DNA of 64,000 bases, taken from Chloroflexota bacterium. Lineage in GTDB: Bacteria; Chloroflexota; Dehalococcoidia; Lucifugimonadales; Australimonadaceae. Below are positions 52,894-61,722 of this stretch, in pieces (within the stretch, counting starts at the first letter, position 1; each line of letters begins with the position of its first letter). The notes beneath the pieces were generated by a model that worked only from the letters and a program-made list of their open reading frames with translations, ran no database searches and had not been told where the DNA came from. The position numbers and the translations under genes were made by a program. The DNA lies in NCBI GenBank assembly GCA_027618515.1, contig JAQCEV010000002.1:17029-81028 (forward strand), given 5' to 3'.

Positions 52894-53642
52894 ATGGCCC
52901 CTCACCATGTTCGGGGGAAGCCTACCTTGCTGAAGGATCGAACCGCAGTCGTCACGGGCGGAAGTCGTGGCATCGGATTCCAGATCGCTAAGATTTTCAT
53001 CGAGCAGGGTGCTCGCGTGCTGGCGGTCTCTCGCTCAGCTGACAAGTTGGCAGGGGCGAAGGCGGCCCTCCCGTCGCTGGAGACGATCGCTGCCGACGCA
53101 GCAGCCCCGGATCAAATCGATTCACTAGTGGCCTGGGTACAGGAGCGCTGTGGATCCCTGGATATCTTGGTCAACAACGCAGGGATAATGGACACCGACG
53201 AAGCGGATCTCACAACAGGAGAGGACTCGGCATTCGTTGACACCGTGCACACCAATCTGTTCGTCCCTACTTCTGCACGAAGCGATTCCTACCGCTCCTG
53301 CTGCAAGGCACAGACCCGCGTGTCATCAACGTTGGGTCACGCTCGGGGATCCTCACGCCAAACCTCCGGAGCGCGTATGGCATATCCAAGGTCGGCCTGC
53401 ATGGGCTGACGATTGCGACCGCTCGCGAATTGGAGGGTAGGGTAGCGGTGAACGCACTATCTCCGGGCCATGTACTCACTGATCTCGCCCCTGACGGCCC
53501 CGGCGACCCACGCTCATCAGCTGATGCAGCCCTTGAGATGGTGACGATGCCATCGAGCATCGTAGGCATGTTGTTCCACGCCACGCCGGGTGATGGGGCA
53601 GCGCCCGCCACCGCAGTTGAGCGGGCCTGGAGTGAGTTTTAG
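52894..53642 (+). pseudogene. Short-chain dehydrogenase/reductase (SDR) with an apparent -1 frameshift
   Basis: ORF 52894-53409 carries TGGSRGIG and NNAG, then loses similarity after VHTNLFVP. From 53268 the other frame reads YFCTKRFLPLLLQGTDPRVINVGSRSGILTPNLRSAYGISKVGLHGLTIATARELEGRVAVNALSPGHVLTDL..., with the catalytic Ser and YxxxK, and ends at 53642. The switch is at the CCC run 53265-53267. Confidence 0.75.
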
Positions 53643-53747
53643 CTCACCGCCACATGGCGTCCGAATGCTTGACCCTTCCGAGGCAGACCGGTACCTTTTA
53701 CCGAAAGTGATTCGTCCTCTGAGTCTTCGCATAGGAGAGAGACCGCC

Positions 53748-54863
53748 ATGCAAACTTCCATCCCTTGTGTTCTGATGCGGGGAGGGACCTCCAAAGGTCC
53801 ATTCTTCCTTGCCTCTGACTTGCCGTCTGATCCCGCCGTCAGGGATCGGGTGCTGCTCGCAGCCATGGGCTCACCCGACAATCGCCAGATCGACGGTGTC
53901 GGAGGGGCCGACCCGCTCACCAGCAAAGTCGCCATCGTTGGTCCTCCCACGCGAGCGGATTGCGACGTTGACTACCTGTTCGCGCAGGTGGTCGTCGACG
54001 AGGCTGTCGTGGACGTCTCGCCAAACTGCGGCAACATGCTCGCAGGCATCGGCGGATTCGCCATTGAGCACGGCTTCATTGCGGCCGAGGATGGCGAGAC
54101 TGTCGTTCGCATCCACATGGTCAATTCCGGCGACAGAGCTATCGCGCGCATACCGACGCCCGGCAGAGAGGTCGAGTATGAAGGCGACGCTCGGATCGAC
54201 GGCGTCCCGGGCACGTCTGCCCCGATCATGATCGACGTTGAGGACACCGCAGGGTCGTTCTGCGGGGCACTCTTGCCCACAGGCAACCCGGTGGACGTCA
54301 TCGACGGCATCGAATGCACCCTGATGGACAACGGCATGCCCGTGGTTGCCATGCGTGCCGCCGATCTCGACCGCACGGGCTACGAGACGCGCGACGAACT
54401 CAACGCTGACACTGAACTCAAGGAACGCATAGAGTCCATCCGCCTCAAAGCGGGCCACCTGATGAACCTAGGCGACGTTACCGATATGGTCACGCCCAAG
54501 ATGTTCCTCCTGGCCAAGCCCAAAGACGGCGGTGCGCTCTGCACGCGATCATTCATCCCGAAGGTCGCCCACGCCTCCGTTGGCGTACTCGCCGCAGTCA
54601 CGATCGCGACGGCGTGCGTCATCCCCGGTACGACGGCGGACGGCCTGGCCACGGTTCCTGAAGGCAGCCGCAAGATGATCAAACTAGAGCACCCGACCGG
54701 CGACTTCGCCGTTGAGATCGAGATATCCGGCCCCGTCGATGACCCGAAGATCGAGCGCGCCGCGCTTCTGCGGACGGCACGCAAACTGTTCGAAGGCAAG
54801 ATTCTCATCCCCGGTCGCGTGTGGGACGGCAAAGGCGCTGCCCTGGAATCCGCGACGGCATAG
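53748..54863 (+). CDS. PrpF-family isomerase (4-oxalomesaconate tautomerase GalD / LigU-like)
   Basis: 371 aa. IPCVLMRGGTSKGPFF, SPD.RQIDG.GGADPLTSKVAIV, SPNCGNMLAGIG.FA and TLMDNGMPVV are hallmark PrpF/AcnD-accessory family motifs. Confidence 0.8.
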   Translation: MQTSIPCVLMRGGTSKGPFFLASDLPSDPAVRDRVLLAAMGSPDNRQIDGVGGADPLTSKVAIVGPPTRADCDVDYLFAQVVVDEAVVDVSPNCGNMLAGIGGFAIEHGFIAAEDGETVVRIHMVNSGDRAIARIPTPGREVEYEGDARIDGVPGTSAPIMIDVEDTAGSFCGALLPTGNPVDVIDGIECTLMDNGMPVVAMRAADLDRTGYETRDELNADTELKERIESIRLKAGHLMNLGDVTDMVTPKMFLLAKPKDGGALCTRSFIPKVAHASVGVLAAVTIATACVIPGTTADGLATVPEGSRKMIKLEHPTGDFAVEIEISGPVDDPKIERAALLRTARKLFEGKILIPGRVWDGKGAALESATA

Positions 54864-54874
54864 GCAACTGAAAC

Positions 54875-55750
54875 ATGACAACACCCAAGATGATCGCTGG
54901 ACCGGATCAGAACCCGGTCAAACCATCACTCGTGCTGCCTGAAGGAGCATGTGATTCCCACTGTCACATCTTCGGGCCAGGGAATATCTTCCCGTACCAC
55001 CCGAACCGATCCTACACGCCCCCTGACGCCGGTAAGGAGACCCTCAAAGCGCTCCACGACCACCTCGGCATCTCCCGCGCCGTGATCGTCCACGCGTCCT
55101 GTCACGGCACGTTCATGGACGCCACGCTGGATGCTATCGCGAGCTCCAACGGCAATTACCGTGGCACCGCGATGGTGGAGAAGGATGTTTCGGGCGCGGA
55201 ACTCCGCAGGCTCCATGAAGGCGGGATCCGCGCCGTTCGGTTCAACTTCGTGAAGCACTTAGAGAGCGTGCCCGACCCGGAAGAGGTCAGGCGTATGGCG
55301 GATCGCGTGAAAGAGATGGGCTGGCACCTCGTTGTGCACCTCGACGCAGTCGACATCGACGAGCTTTCTCCTTTGCTCCTCGACCTCCCCGTGCCGTTCC
55401 TGATCGACCACATGGCCCGCGTCAAGGCTTCGGAGGGCATTGACCAACCTGCCTTCAAAACGTTGCTAGACCTGATGGGTCACGACAACGCCTGGGTGAA
55501 GATCTGCGGCGGTGAGCGAGTCTCGTCGCAAGACGCGCCGTTCCACGACGCCATACCGTTCGCTCAAGCCCTCATCGCTGCGGCCCCGACGAGGGTGTTG
55601 TGGGGGACGGACTTCCCACACCCGAACGTGCGGATCATGCCCAACGATGGCGAGTTGGTGAATCTGTTTGGGGAGTACACGTCAGACCCGGCTGTACAGA
55701 AGAAAATCCTGGTAGAGAACCCCAGCACGCTCTACTTTGATGTCAATTAG
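54875..55750 (+). CDS. ligI: Amidohydrolase_2 family, 2-pyrone-4,6-dicarboxylate hydrolase (LigI)-like
   Basis: It carries ACDSHCHIFGP, RAVIVHAS, IRAVRFNF, GWHLVVH, IDHMAR and WGTDFPHPN motifs, as in LigI-type lactonases. Confidence 0.7.
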   Translation: MTTPKMIAGPDQNPVKPSLVLPEGACDSHCHIFGPGNIFPYHPNRSYTPPDAGKETLKALHDHLGISRAVIVHASCHGTFMDATLDAIASSNGNYRGTAMVEKDVSGAELRRLHEGGIRAVRFNFVKHLESVPDPEEVRRMADRVKEMGWHLVVHLDAVDIDELSPLLLDLPVPFLIDHMARVKASEGIDQPAFKTLLDLMGHDNAWVKICGGERVSSQDAPFHDAIPFAQALIAAAPTRVLWGTDFPHPNVRIMPNDGELVNLFGEYTSDPAVQKKILVENPSTLYFDVN

Positions 55751-55780
55751 CGTAAGCTTAGCTTTCATAGACCTGTCAGT

Positions 55781-55817
55781 GAACGGCTGGAGCGATAATC
55801 GTTCCAGCCGTTCTTTC
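55781..55817 (+). terminator. Intrinsic terminator after the LigI-like gene
   Basis: GAACGGCTGGA-(11 nt)-TCCAGCCGTTC forms a perfect 11-bp stem followed by TTTC. Confidence 0.65.
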
Positions 55818-55859
55818 GCATTGGACATATAACGCTAAACCCGCGATGCTCCCTTCACG

Positions 55860-57329
55860 ATGACTCCGCTGACGCTGTCCGCCAGTTCCGTATCGCGTAT
55901 TTCCCGCCTGCACGCAGTACGGTGGGGGTCACTCATCGTTCTTGGGATAGCAGTGGGCGCTCTCGGCCTAGCGATCCCCGCTCGCGCCGCGTCCGACACG
56001 GTGGTGGTGATTGAGCTGGATACCATCATCCATCCCATCGCAGAGCGGTACTTGGAGCGCGCGCTCCAGCAGGCAGCCGATGACGGCGCAGCAGCTATCG
56101 TGATCAAGATCGATACTCCCGGTGGACTGCTCACATCCACCCGTGAGATCGTCACCCATCTGTTCGAATCGCCCGTGCCAGTCATCGTCTATGTGTCGCC
56201 GGCAGGAGCCCGCGCTGCATCCGCAGGCACGTTCATCACGGCAGCCGGGCATATCGCGGCGATGGCGCCTGGCACCAACATCGGCGCCGCCAGTCCCATC
56301 TCAGGCGACGGCAGCGATATCTCGGACACGCTCAAGGACAAGATTTTCGAGGACACCGCTGCCGAGATACGCGCGATCGCGCAGCGGCGTGGTCGCCCCG
56401 TGGAACCACTAGAGGCAACGGTGCTCAGAGCCAAGGCTTACACCGCACAGGAGGCTCTAGAGCTAGGCATCATCGACCACATCGCAGAGAGCGTGTCTCA
56501 CCTGTTGCAGTTGGTAGATGGCACGGAAGTGCGTGTGCAGGGAGTCATGGGCGAGGAACCCGTTGTTCTCCACACCGCTGGCAAAGCTCTCGTGAACGTC
56601 CACCTGGGGTTCTTCGACAAACTTTTGTCCTTGATCGCCGATCCGAACATCGCGTTTTTGTTGATCTCGCTGGGCGGACTCGGCATCTACTTTGAGCTCA
56701 TGAGCCCAGGCAGCATCTTCCCCGGCGTGGCGGGCCTGCTAGCGCTAGGACTTGGCTTCGTGGCCCTCGGGAACCTGCCTGGGAACTGGGTCGGCGCAGC
56801 GCTGATCCTTTTGGCGTTTGCACTCGCCGTCGCGGAGGTGAATGTCGATGGATTCGGAGTTCTGGGGATGATGGGGGTCGTTAGCTTTGTAGCTGGCGGA
56901 GTGCTCCTGTTCGGTCACTTTGGTACGCCCGCGCCGCTGTTCCCTGACATCTCCGTAAGTTTCAAGGTGCTCGGGCCGGCGGCGGTCATCGTCACTGGCG
57001 CTAGCGCGGCATTGGCCGTCGCGTCGTATAGAGGACGGCGACGGATGAAAGCCGGTGGGCGGCGCCCAACGACGACGCTGCTCATCGGTGCGCAGGGGGT
57101 CGTGGAGGCGGCTCTCGACCCGATAGGTACGGCACACGTCCATGGTGAGACCTGGAGCGCGCGCACAGCCTCAGGCGAGCACGTTGGTGTTGGTTCCCCC
57201 GTAGTAGTCACCCGAGAGGACGGCGCGATGCTCACAGTTCGCGTCGCGAGTGAGAAGGGATCAGCGTCGGTCCCAGACGAAGGCCCAGCACACAGTCCGG
57301 AAGAACATGCAGAAGGCGGCATCGCCTAG
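55860..57329 (+). CDS. NfeD-family membrane-bound ClpP-class serine protease
   Basis: It has a signal/anchor, then IDTPGGLL.S.REIV......PVPVIVYV.P.GARAASAG.FI..A....AMAPGTNIGAA.PI, central TM helices and a C-terminal NfeD OB-fold (GTAHVHGETWSART...VGS.VVV). Confidence 0.85.
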   Translation: MTPLTLSASSVSRISRLHAVRWGSLIVLGIAVGALGLAIPARAASDTVVVIELDTIIHPIAERYLERALQQAADDGAAAIVIKIDTPGGLLTSTREIVTHLFESPVPVIVYVSPAGARAASAGTFITAAGHIAAMAPGTNIGAASPISGDGSDISDTLKDKIFEDTAAEIRAIAQRRGRPVEPLEATVLRAKAYTAQEALELGIIDHIAESVSHLLQLVDGTEVRVQGVMGEEPVVLHTAGKALVNVHLGFFDKLLSLIADPNIAFLLISLGGLGIYFELMSPGSIFPGVAGLLALGLGFVALGNLPGNWVGAALILLAFALAVAEVNVDGFGVLGMMGVVSFVAGGVLLFGHFGTPAPLFPDISVSFKVLGPAAVIVTGASAALAVASYRGRRRMKAGGRRPTTTLLIGAQGVVEAALDPIGTAHVHGETWSARTASGEHVGVGSPVVVTREDGAMLTVRVASEKGSASVPDEGPAHSPEEHAEGGIA

Positions 57330-57338
57330 GAGGAACTC

Positions 57339-58214
57339 ATGGCAGTTTGGGGACTCAATGTCATCAAGCAGTACGAACGACTTGTTCTGTTCACGTTCGG
57401 GAGCTTCACGGAAGTTCGGCAGCCGGGTATCCGTTGGATATGGCCCTTCATCAACAACGGTTCCACCACGGTCGACCTCCGCGAGGTACCGGTAGCTATT
57501 CCGAGCCAGACGAGCATCACGCGCGACAACGCGCCGATCAATATCGACTTCTTCGTCTACATGCGCGTGATGGAAGATCGGCCTGAGGACACCATCCTGA
57601 ACATCAGCGATTACCGCAGCGCAGCGCAGGCCCTCGCAATGACCACTCTGCGTGCGGTGGTCGGTGAGATGGACCTGGACGATGTGCTCTCGAAGCGTGA
57701 GCGCATCAACGGCGCCCTCCAAACGAAGCTTGATGAAGTCACCGCCAACTGGGGTGTCAAGGTCACGCGCGTAGAGATTAAAGAGGTCGAGCCGCCTCGG
57801 GATGTCCAGGATGCTATGAACCGTCAACTCTCGGCCGAACGCACCCGGCGTGCTGCTGTGACCGAAGCCGAGGGTCAGCGTGACGCTGAGATCAACAGGG
57901 CTGAGGGTGAGCGACGCTCCTCCATCTTGCGCGCAGAAGGAACCAAGCAGGCCGCTATCCTGGAAGCTGAAGGCGAACAGCAGGCTCAGATCCTGCGCGC
58001 CGACGGCTTCAGCGACGCCATGACTAGGATCAACGCTGTGGCATCCCAGGCCGATCCACGCACCATGAGCCTTCAATACTTCGAGACGCTCAAAGAAATG
58101 GGTGCGGGCGCTTCTACGAAGTTCATATTCCCTCTGGAGTTCACTTCACTCCTACAGCCGTTCATGAATAACATGGCATCATCGACCGACGGAGGCTCCG
58201 ACAGCAACTCGTGA
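57339..58214 (+). CDS. SPFH/Band 7 (stomatin-like) protein
   Basis: It carries V.QYERLV.F.FG, TRDNAPI.ID and RVEIKEVEPP.DVQDAM..Q..AER.RRA motifs. The classic NfeD-stomatin gene pair is present. Confidence 0.9.
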   Translation: MAVWGLNVIKQYERLVLFTFGSFTEVRQPGIRWIWPFINNGSTTVDLREVPVAIPSQTSITRDNAPINIDFFVYMRVMEDRPEDTILNISDYRSAAQALAMTTLRAVVGEMDLDDVLSKRERINGALQTKLDEVTANWGVKVTRVEIKEVEPPRDVQDAMNRQLSAERTRRAAVTEAEGQRDAEINRAEGERRSSILRAEGTKQAAILEAEGEQQAQILRADGFSDAMTRINAVASQADPRTMSLQYFETLKEMGAGASTKFIFPLEFTSLLQPFMNNMASSTDGGSDSNS

Positions 58215-58942
58215 CCCGATCCTTGCTAAGTTTCGTTTCTATCCGCATGCCGCGGCCCTTCGGGGTCGCGGTGTTTGGGTTACTCCTGCTCGTCTTTGCA
58301 GCATGTAACAGCGAACCAGCGACTCAGGCGCCCCCTTCGGCAGAGGTGCTACGCGACCAAACAGTCGAAACGCTCCGAGGGCTTAGCAGCGTTAGCTTTG
58401 AGATCACTCATCCCAATGGGGGGACGGATATGGGCGGCGGCCTGATGCTGAACACGGTGGAAGGGGTCGCACTATTCCCTAGCAGCGCGCGCATGAGCGC
58501 TAAGGGTGTGGTTCAGCGGATCGCCGTCAGCTTCGGCATCGTGCAGACGAATAGCACCACCTACTTTAGTGGGCCCATCGGTGACACGTGGCGCGTTGTC
58601 CCACCGGAGTCGTTGCCCTTCGACTTCATAGGTATGAACACCAGCGTGGCCACGGCCCTCGCGAATGCCTCTGACATAACGGTCGCTCTAGGCGGACAGG
58701 TGAACGGGAAGCAAACGTTTCTACTCTCAGGCGCGATCGTGTCTGATGACCTGCAGGGGCTCGTGCCTGCGGCCGATTCAGGTTTACCGTTGACGATCGA
58801 AGCTTGGATAGGCCAAGAAGACGGCCTGCCTTGGAAAGTGGTCTTGACCGGTACCCTCATCGGCTCTGACCCGGAGACCATGGTTCGGCAGCTTGATCTT
58901 GGCGACTTCGACGAGCCAGTAACGGTCGAAGCGCCGATCTAG
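58211..58942 (+). CDS. Lipoprotein, possibly LppX/LprAFG-like
   Basis: It has the lipobox LLLVFAAC after a hydrophobic signal. The mature part has a beta-rich pattern with ...LLSGAIVSDDLQGLVP....LPLTIEAWIGQEDGLPWKVVLTG, reminiscent of the LprG/LppX fold. The GTG start overlaps the upstream stop, with an alternative ATG at 58247. Confidence 0.5.
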   Translation: MTRSLLSFVSIRMPRPFGVAVFGLLLLVFAACNSEPATQAPPSAEVLRDQTVETLRGLSSVSFEITHPNGGTDMGGGLMLNTVEGVALFPSSARMSAKGVVQRIAVSFGIVQTNSTTYFSGPIGDTWRVVPPESLPFDFIGMNTSVATALANASDITVALGGQVNGKQTFLLSGAIVSDDLQGLVPAADSGLPLTIEAWIGQEDGLPWKVVLTGTLIGSDPETMVRQLDLGDFDEPVTVEAPI

Positions 58943-59087
58943 CTGCGGCTCTTCGAGTGGTCTATGGCGGCCATGGATCATCTTTCGGCTGCTCATTCCC
59001 CTTCGGGCAATATATGTATGACAAATAGCTGTCGCATAATCGCCATGCTCGCCGTATCCTGTTCTCTAGCTCCAATGACTCCATCTG

Positions 59088-59109
59088 ATTCCCGGGCATG
59101 CCCGGGAAT
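59088..59109. repeat. Perfect 22-bp palindrome ATTCCCGGGCATGCCCGGGAAT
   Basis: Read directly from the sequence. Its half-site CCCGGGAATG recurs at 59399-59408. Confidence 0.95.
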
Positions 59110-59191
59110 GCATCATGCACTCAGGAGCGGATGGGCAGAAATGGGCAGAAGTGGTCAACATCAAGAGGCGCGACCGCCAGAGCAGCGCCCT

Positions 59192-59400
59192 TCCCGGAGC
59201 GGCTAAGCGATCTTTAGTCCAAGCGGCGAAGCCAAGTGACAAAAACATCTAGGGGCGAGCCCCGACCAGCAACACGACAGAACCCACCAACGAGCCCAAA
59301 ATCCCGGAGCGGCCGAGCGACCTTTAGTCCCCAGCGGCGAAGCCACGAGATCCGAGGGCGAGCCCCAACCACCTCCACGATAGAACCCGCCAACGAACCC
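59192..59400. repeat. Two imperfect ~100-110-bp tandem direct repeats in a non-coding region
   Basis: Unit 1 (59192-59301) is TCCCGGAGCGGCTAAGCGATCTTTAGTCCAAGCGGCGAAGCCA...GGGGCGAGCCCCGACC...GAACCCACCAACGAGCCC. Unit 2 (59302-59400) is TCCCGGAGCGGCCGAGCGACCTTTAGTCCCCAGCGGCGAAGCCA...GAGGGCGAGCCCCAACC...GAACCCGCCAACGAACCC. Confidence 0.85.
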
Positions 59401-59520
59401 GGGAATGAAACAAAATGTTACAAAATGCAACACATCAAGACGCAGCGCTGGCTGCGGCACACAGCCGTCCTAGGCTGCACCAACGACTGTCCAACTGCCT
59501 AGTGAGTCAACGCCCGTAGA

Positions 59521-60993
59521 ATGACTGTCATGCCCCGTCTCTCAGCAACAGGTGTACTCGTAACGGTCTGTCTCGGTGTCTTCCTGGCATCGCTAGACCA
59601 GACATCGGTAGTGACCGCGCTGCCCGAGATCATGCTGGATATGGGCATCTCCATCGACCGCCTAGACGACATGGCGTGGGTGGTGACCGCGTATCTGCTC
59701 GGCTTCATCGTCGCCATGCCCCTGTTGGGCAGAGCAGGGGATGTTTTCGGCTACCGGCGCCTCTACCTGAGCGCTGTGCTCCTCTTCGGAGTGGGTTCCA
59801 CGCTGGTCGCGCTGGCGGACGGCCTTGGCTGGCTCATCGCGGCGCGAGTAGTGCAGGCCATAGGCGGAGGCGCGTTGATCCCAGGCGCGATCGCCCTCGC
59901 CAGCGAACGACTACCCGGTGCGCGGAGGGCGATGGTATTCGGCATCGTCGGCGCGGCCGCCGAGACCGGCGCCGTGCTTGGCCCTCTGTACGGTGGCGTG
60001 CTCATCGAACTTCTGGGGTGGCGCTGGATCTTCTGGACGAACCTTCCGGTGGTCGGTCTGCTGTTGCTCGCGATGCTCGCCGTCCCGGAGATCAAGGGTA
60101 CCGGTGGGCGGCTCGACCTCAAGGGAGGTTTGCTCCTGGCAGGAAGCCTCGCGCTAGTAACGGGAGCGCTCTCGCAGCGTTCGCTGTTCACCTTAGACGA
60201 AGTCCTACCTTTCGCGATTGCTATCGGCGCTGTAGCTGCTATCGCCTTGTTGGTTTACGTGGAGGCGCGAGCCGAGGCTCCGGTGATCGCGAAAGCCCTA
60301 TTCGCATCGCGCCGTTTCGCCGCCGCGATGTCGGCCCAGTTGCTCGTGGGGGCCGCCCTCATATTGGCGTTGGTCACCGTGCCCCTGATGACGGACACTG
60401 TTCTAGGGCAAAACCCGTTAGAAGGCGGCCTGCGCCTGATGCGATTCACCGGCGCAATCCCCTTCGGTGCGCTCCTGGGCGGGTTCGTGGTTCGCTGGGT
60501 TGGCGTTCGAACGCCAACTGTGATCGGGCTGCTGTTAGGCGCGCTGGGGTTCGTCCTCATGGGCACCTGGGACGAAAATATCGCCGACCCCGCGCTCACG
60601 ATCCATCTGGCAACCGGCGGTTTCGGGTTCGGACTGGTTATCGCCCCGCTGGTCCTGTCTGTGGTCGAATCGGCATCGGAGAGCTACCGAGGCACGGCAG
60701 CCGCGTGGGTGACGGTCTCGCGCATGCTTGGGATGACCCTAGGGCTTGCCGCGCTGTCCGCGTGGGGGATGGGTGAGTTTCAGGTGCTGACTTCCGCCCT
60801 AGAGTTCCCGCTACGATGCGCCGGAGAAGCGTCTGACGCCTACCAGGCCCGCATCACCGCGTACCAAGACGGAGTGACGGGCGCGTCGTTCGACGTATTC
60901 AAAGCGTTCTTCCGCATCGGAGCAGCGCTCACGCTAGCGGCCATCGTGCCGTCGCTGTTCATCAACGATCGCCACTCCTCTAGCCAAGCTTGA
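59521..60993 (+). CDS. MFS transporter, DHA2/EmrB-like (14-TMS type)
   Basis: 490 aa. FLASLDQTSVVTALPEI, AYLLGF.VAMPLLGR.GD.FG.RR and RVVQAIGGGALIP are typical drug:H+ antiporter-2 family motifs. Confidence 0.85.
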   Translation: MTVMPRLSATGVLVTVCLGVFLASLDQTSVVTALPEIMLDMGISIDRLDDMAWVVTAYLLGFIVAMPLLGRAGDVFGYRRLYLSAVLLFGVGSTLVALADGLGWLIAARVVQAIGGGALIPGAIALASERLPGARRAMVFGIVGAAAETGAVLGPLYGGVLIELLGWRWIFWTNLPVVGLLLLAMLAVPEIKGTGGRLDLKGGLLLAGSLALVTGALSQRSLFTLDEVLPFAIAIGAVAAIALLVYVEARAEAPVIAKALFASRRFAAAMSAQLLVGAALILALVTVPLMTDTVLGQNPLEGGLRLMRFTGAIPFGALLGGFVVRWVGVRTPTVIGLLLGALGFVLMGTWDENIADPALTIHLATGGFGFGLVIAPLVLSVVESASESYRGTAAAWVTVSRMLGMTLGLAALSAWGMGEFQVLTSALEFPLRCAGEASDAYQARITAYQDGVTGASFDVFKAFFRIGAALTLAAIVPSLFINDRHSSSQA

Positions 60994-61705
60994 CGATGTC
61001 CGATTCGGCGAACGGCGAGCGCACGCGGATACCGATGCTCGGCTTCGCGTAGAGTTCAGGAGGGATGCCTATATCAGCCAAGTAGAGTTCACCGATGGCT
61101 GCGTGGGCGTCAGGGTTGCGGAGGCCCGTTTTCGGCAACCCGAGGGTCAGCGTCGCATCCGCAATGATCGCAGGGTCATACACCACGCCTGAGCCCGCGT
61201 CCACGCCGCTGGGGACATCTAGCGCCAGCACAGGGCACTTCTCATCGTTAGCCGCGCGGATGAGCGACGCAACCGCGCCCCGGGGCGGGCCGCTGAGGCT
61301 GTACCCAACCAACGCATCGATGATGAGGTCCGCCTCAGGCAGATCAACAAGCCCGCTCACCAGGGTCATCGGCACCTCAAGCCCGTCCAGTATCTCCAGT
61401 TGCCTGCCGGGCACCTCGCCAAAACCGTCCAGCCCGGCTGACGTGAACAACTCAACGCGGGCACCCCAATTGTGGAGGTTCCGGGCACAAACCATGCCGC
61501 CGCCGCCATTACCCCCAGATCCGACCAGCACAAGTACCTTCTTGCCCTTGGCATCGTTGTCCAAGAAGCGAGACAGAGCCAACCGTGCCAACGCACGTCC
61601 AGCGTTCTCCATCATCTGCTCAAGAGAGATCCGAAAGGGGCCGATCATGAGGCGGTCAACCTCACGCATCTGCTCTGTGGTAATGAACGGGACGTTGTCG
61701 TTCAA
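60980..61705 (-). CDS. nnrE: NAD(P)H-hydrate epimerase (YjeF N-terminal domain)
   Basis: It carries MENAGRALA, VLVLVGSGGNGGGGMVCARNL and IIDALVGYSLSGPPRG motifs. It overlaps the MFS gene by 14 nt in convergent orientation. Confidence 0.8.
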   Translation of the reverse strand: MNDNVPFITTEQMREVDRLMIGPFRISLEQMMENAGRALARLALSRFLDNDAKGKKVLVLVGSGGNGGGGMVCARNLHNWGARVELFTSAGLDGFGEVPGRQLEILDGLEVPMTLVSGLVDLPEADLIIDALVGYSLSGPPRGAVASLIRAANDEKCPVLALDVPSGVDAGSGVVYDPAIIADATLTLGLPKTGLRNPDAHAAIGELYLADIGIPPELYAKPSIGIRVRSPFAESDIVKLG

Positions 61706-61722
61706 GTCACACCGCCTGCGCG

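Noticed and set aside
57261-58076. A 271-aa minus-strand ORF antisense to the SPFH/stomatin gene
   Set aside because: It is a shadow ORF, and the plus strand has unambiguous Band 7 motifs.
59236-59502. An 88-aa ORF inside the repeat-rich intergenic region
   Set aside because: It runs straight through the two 110-bp direct repeats, has no SD and shows no similarity to anything I recognise. It is more likely non-coding.
59676-60776. A 366-aa Arg/Gly-rich plus-strand ORF in an alternative frame of the MFS transporter gene
   Set aside because: The extreme Arg/Gly/Pro bias is typical of off-frame translation of GC-rich membrane-protein genes. The 59521 frame gives a coherent 14-TMS MFS protein.
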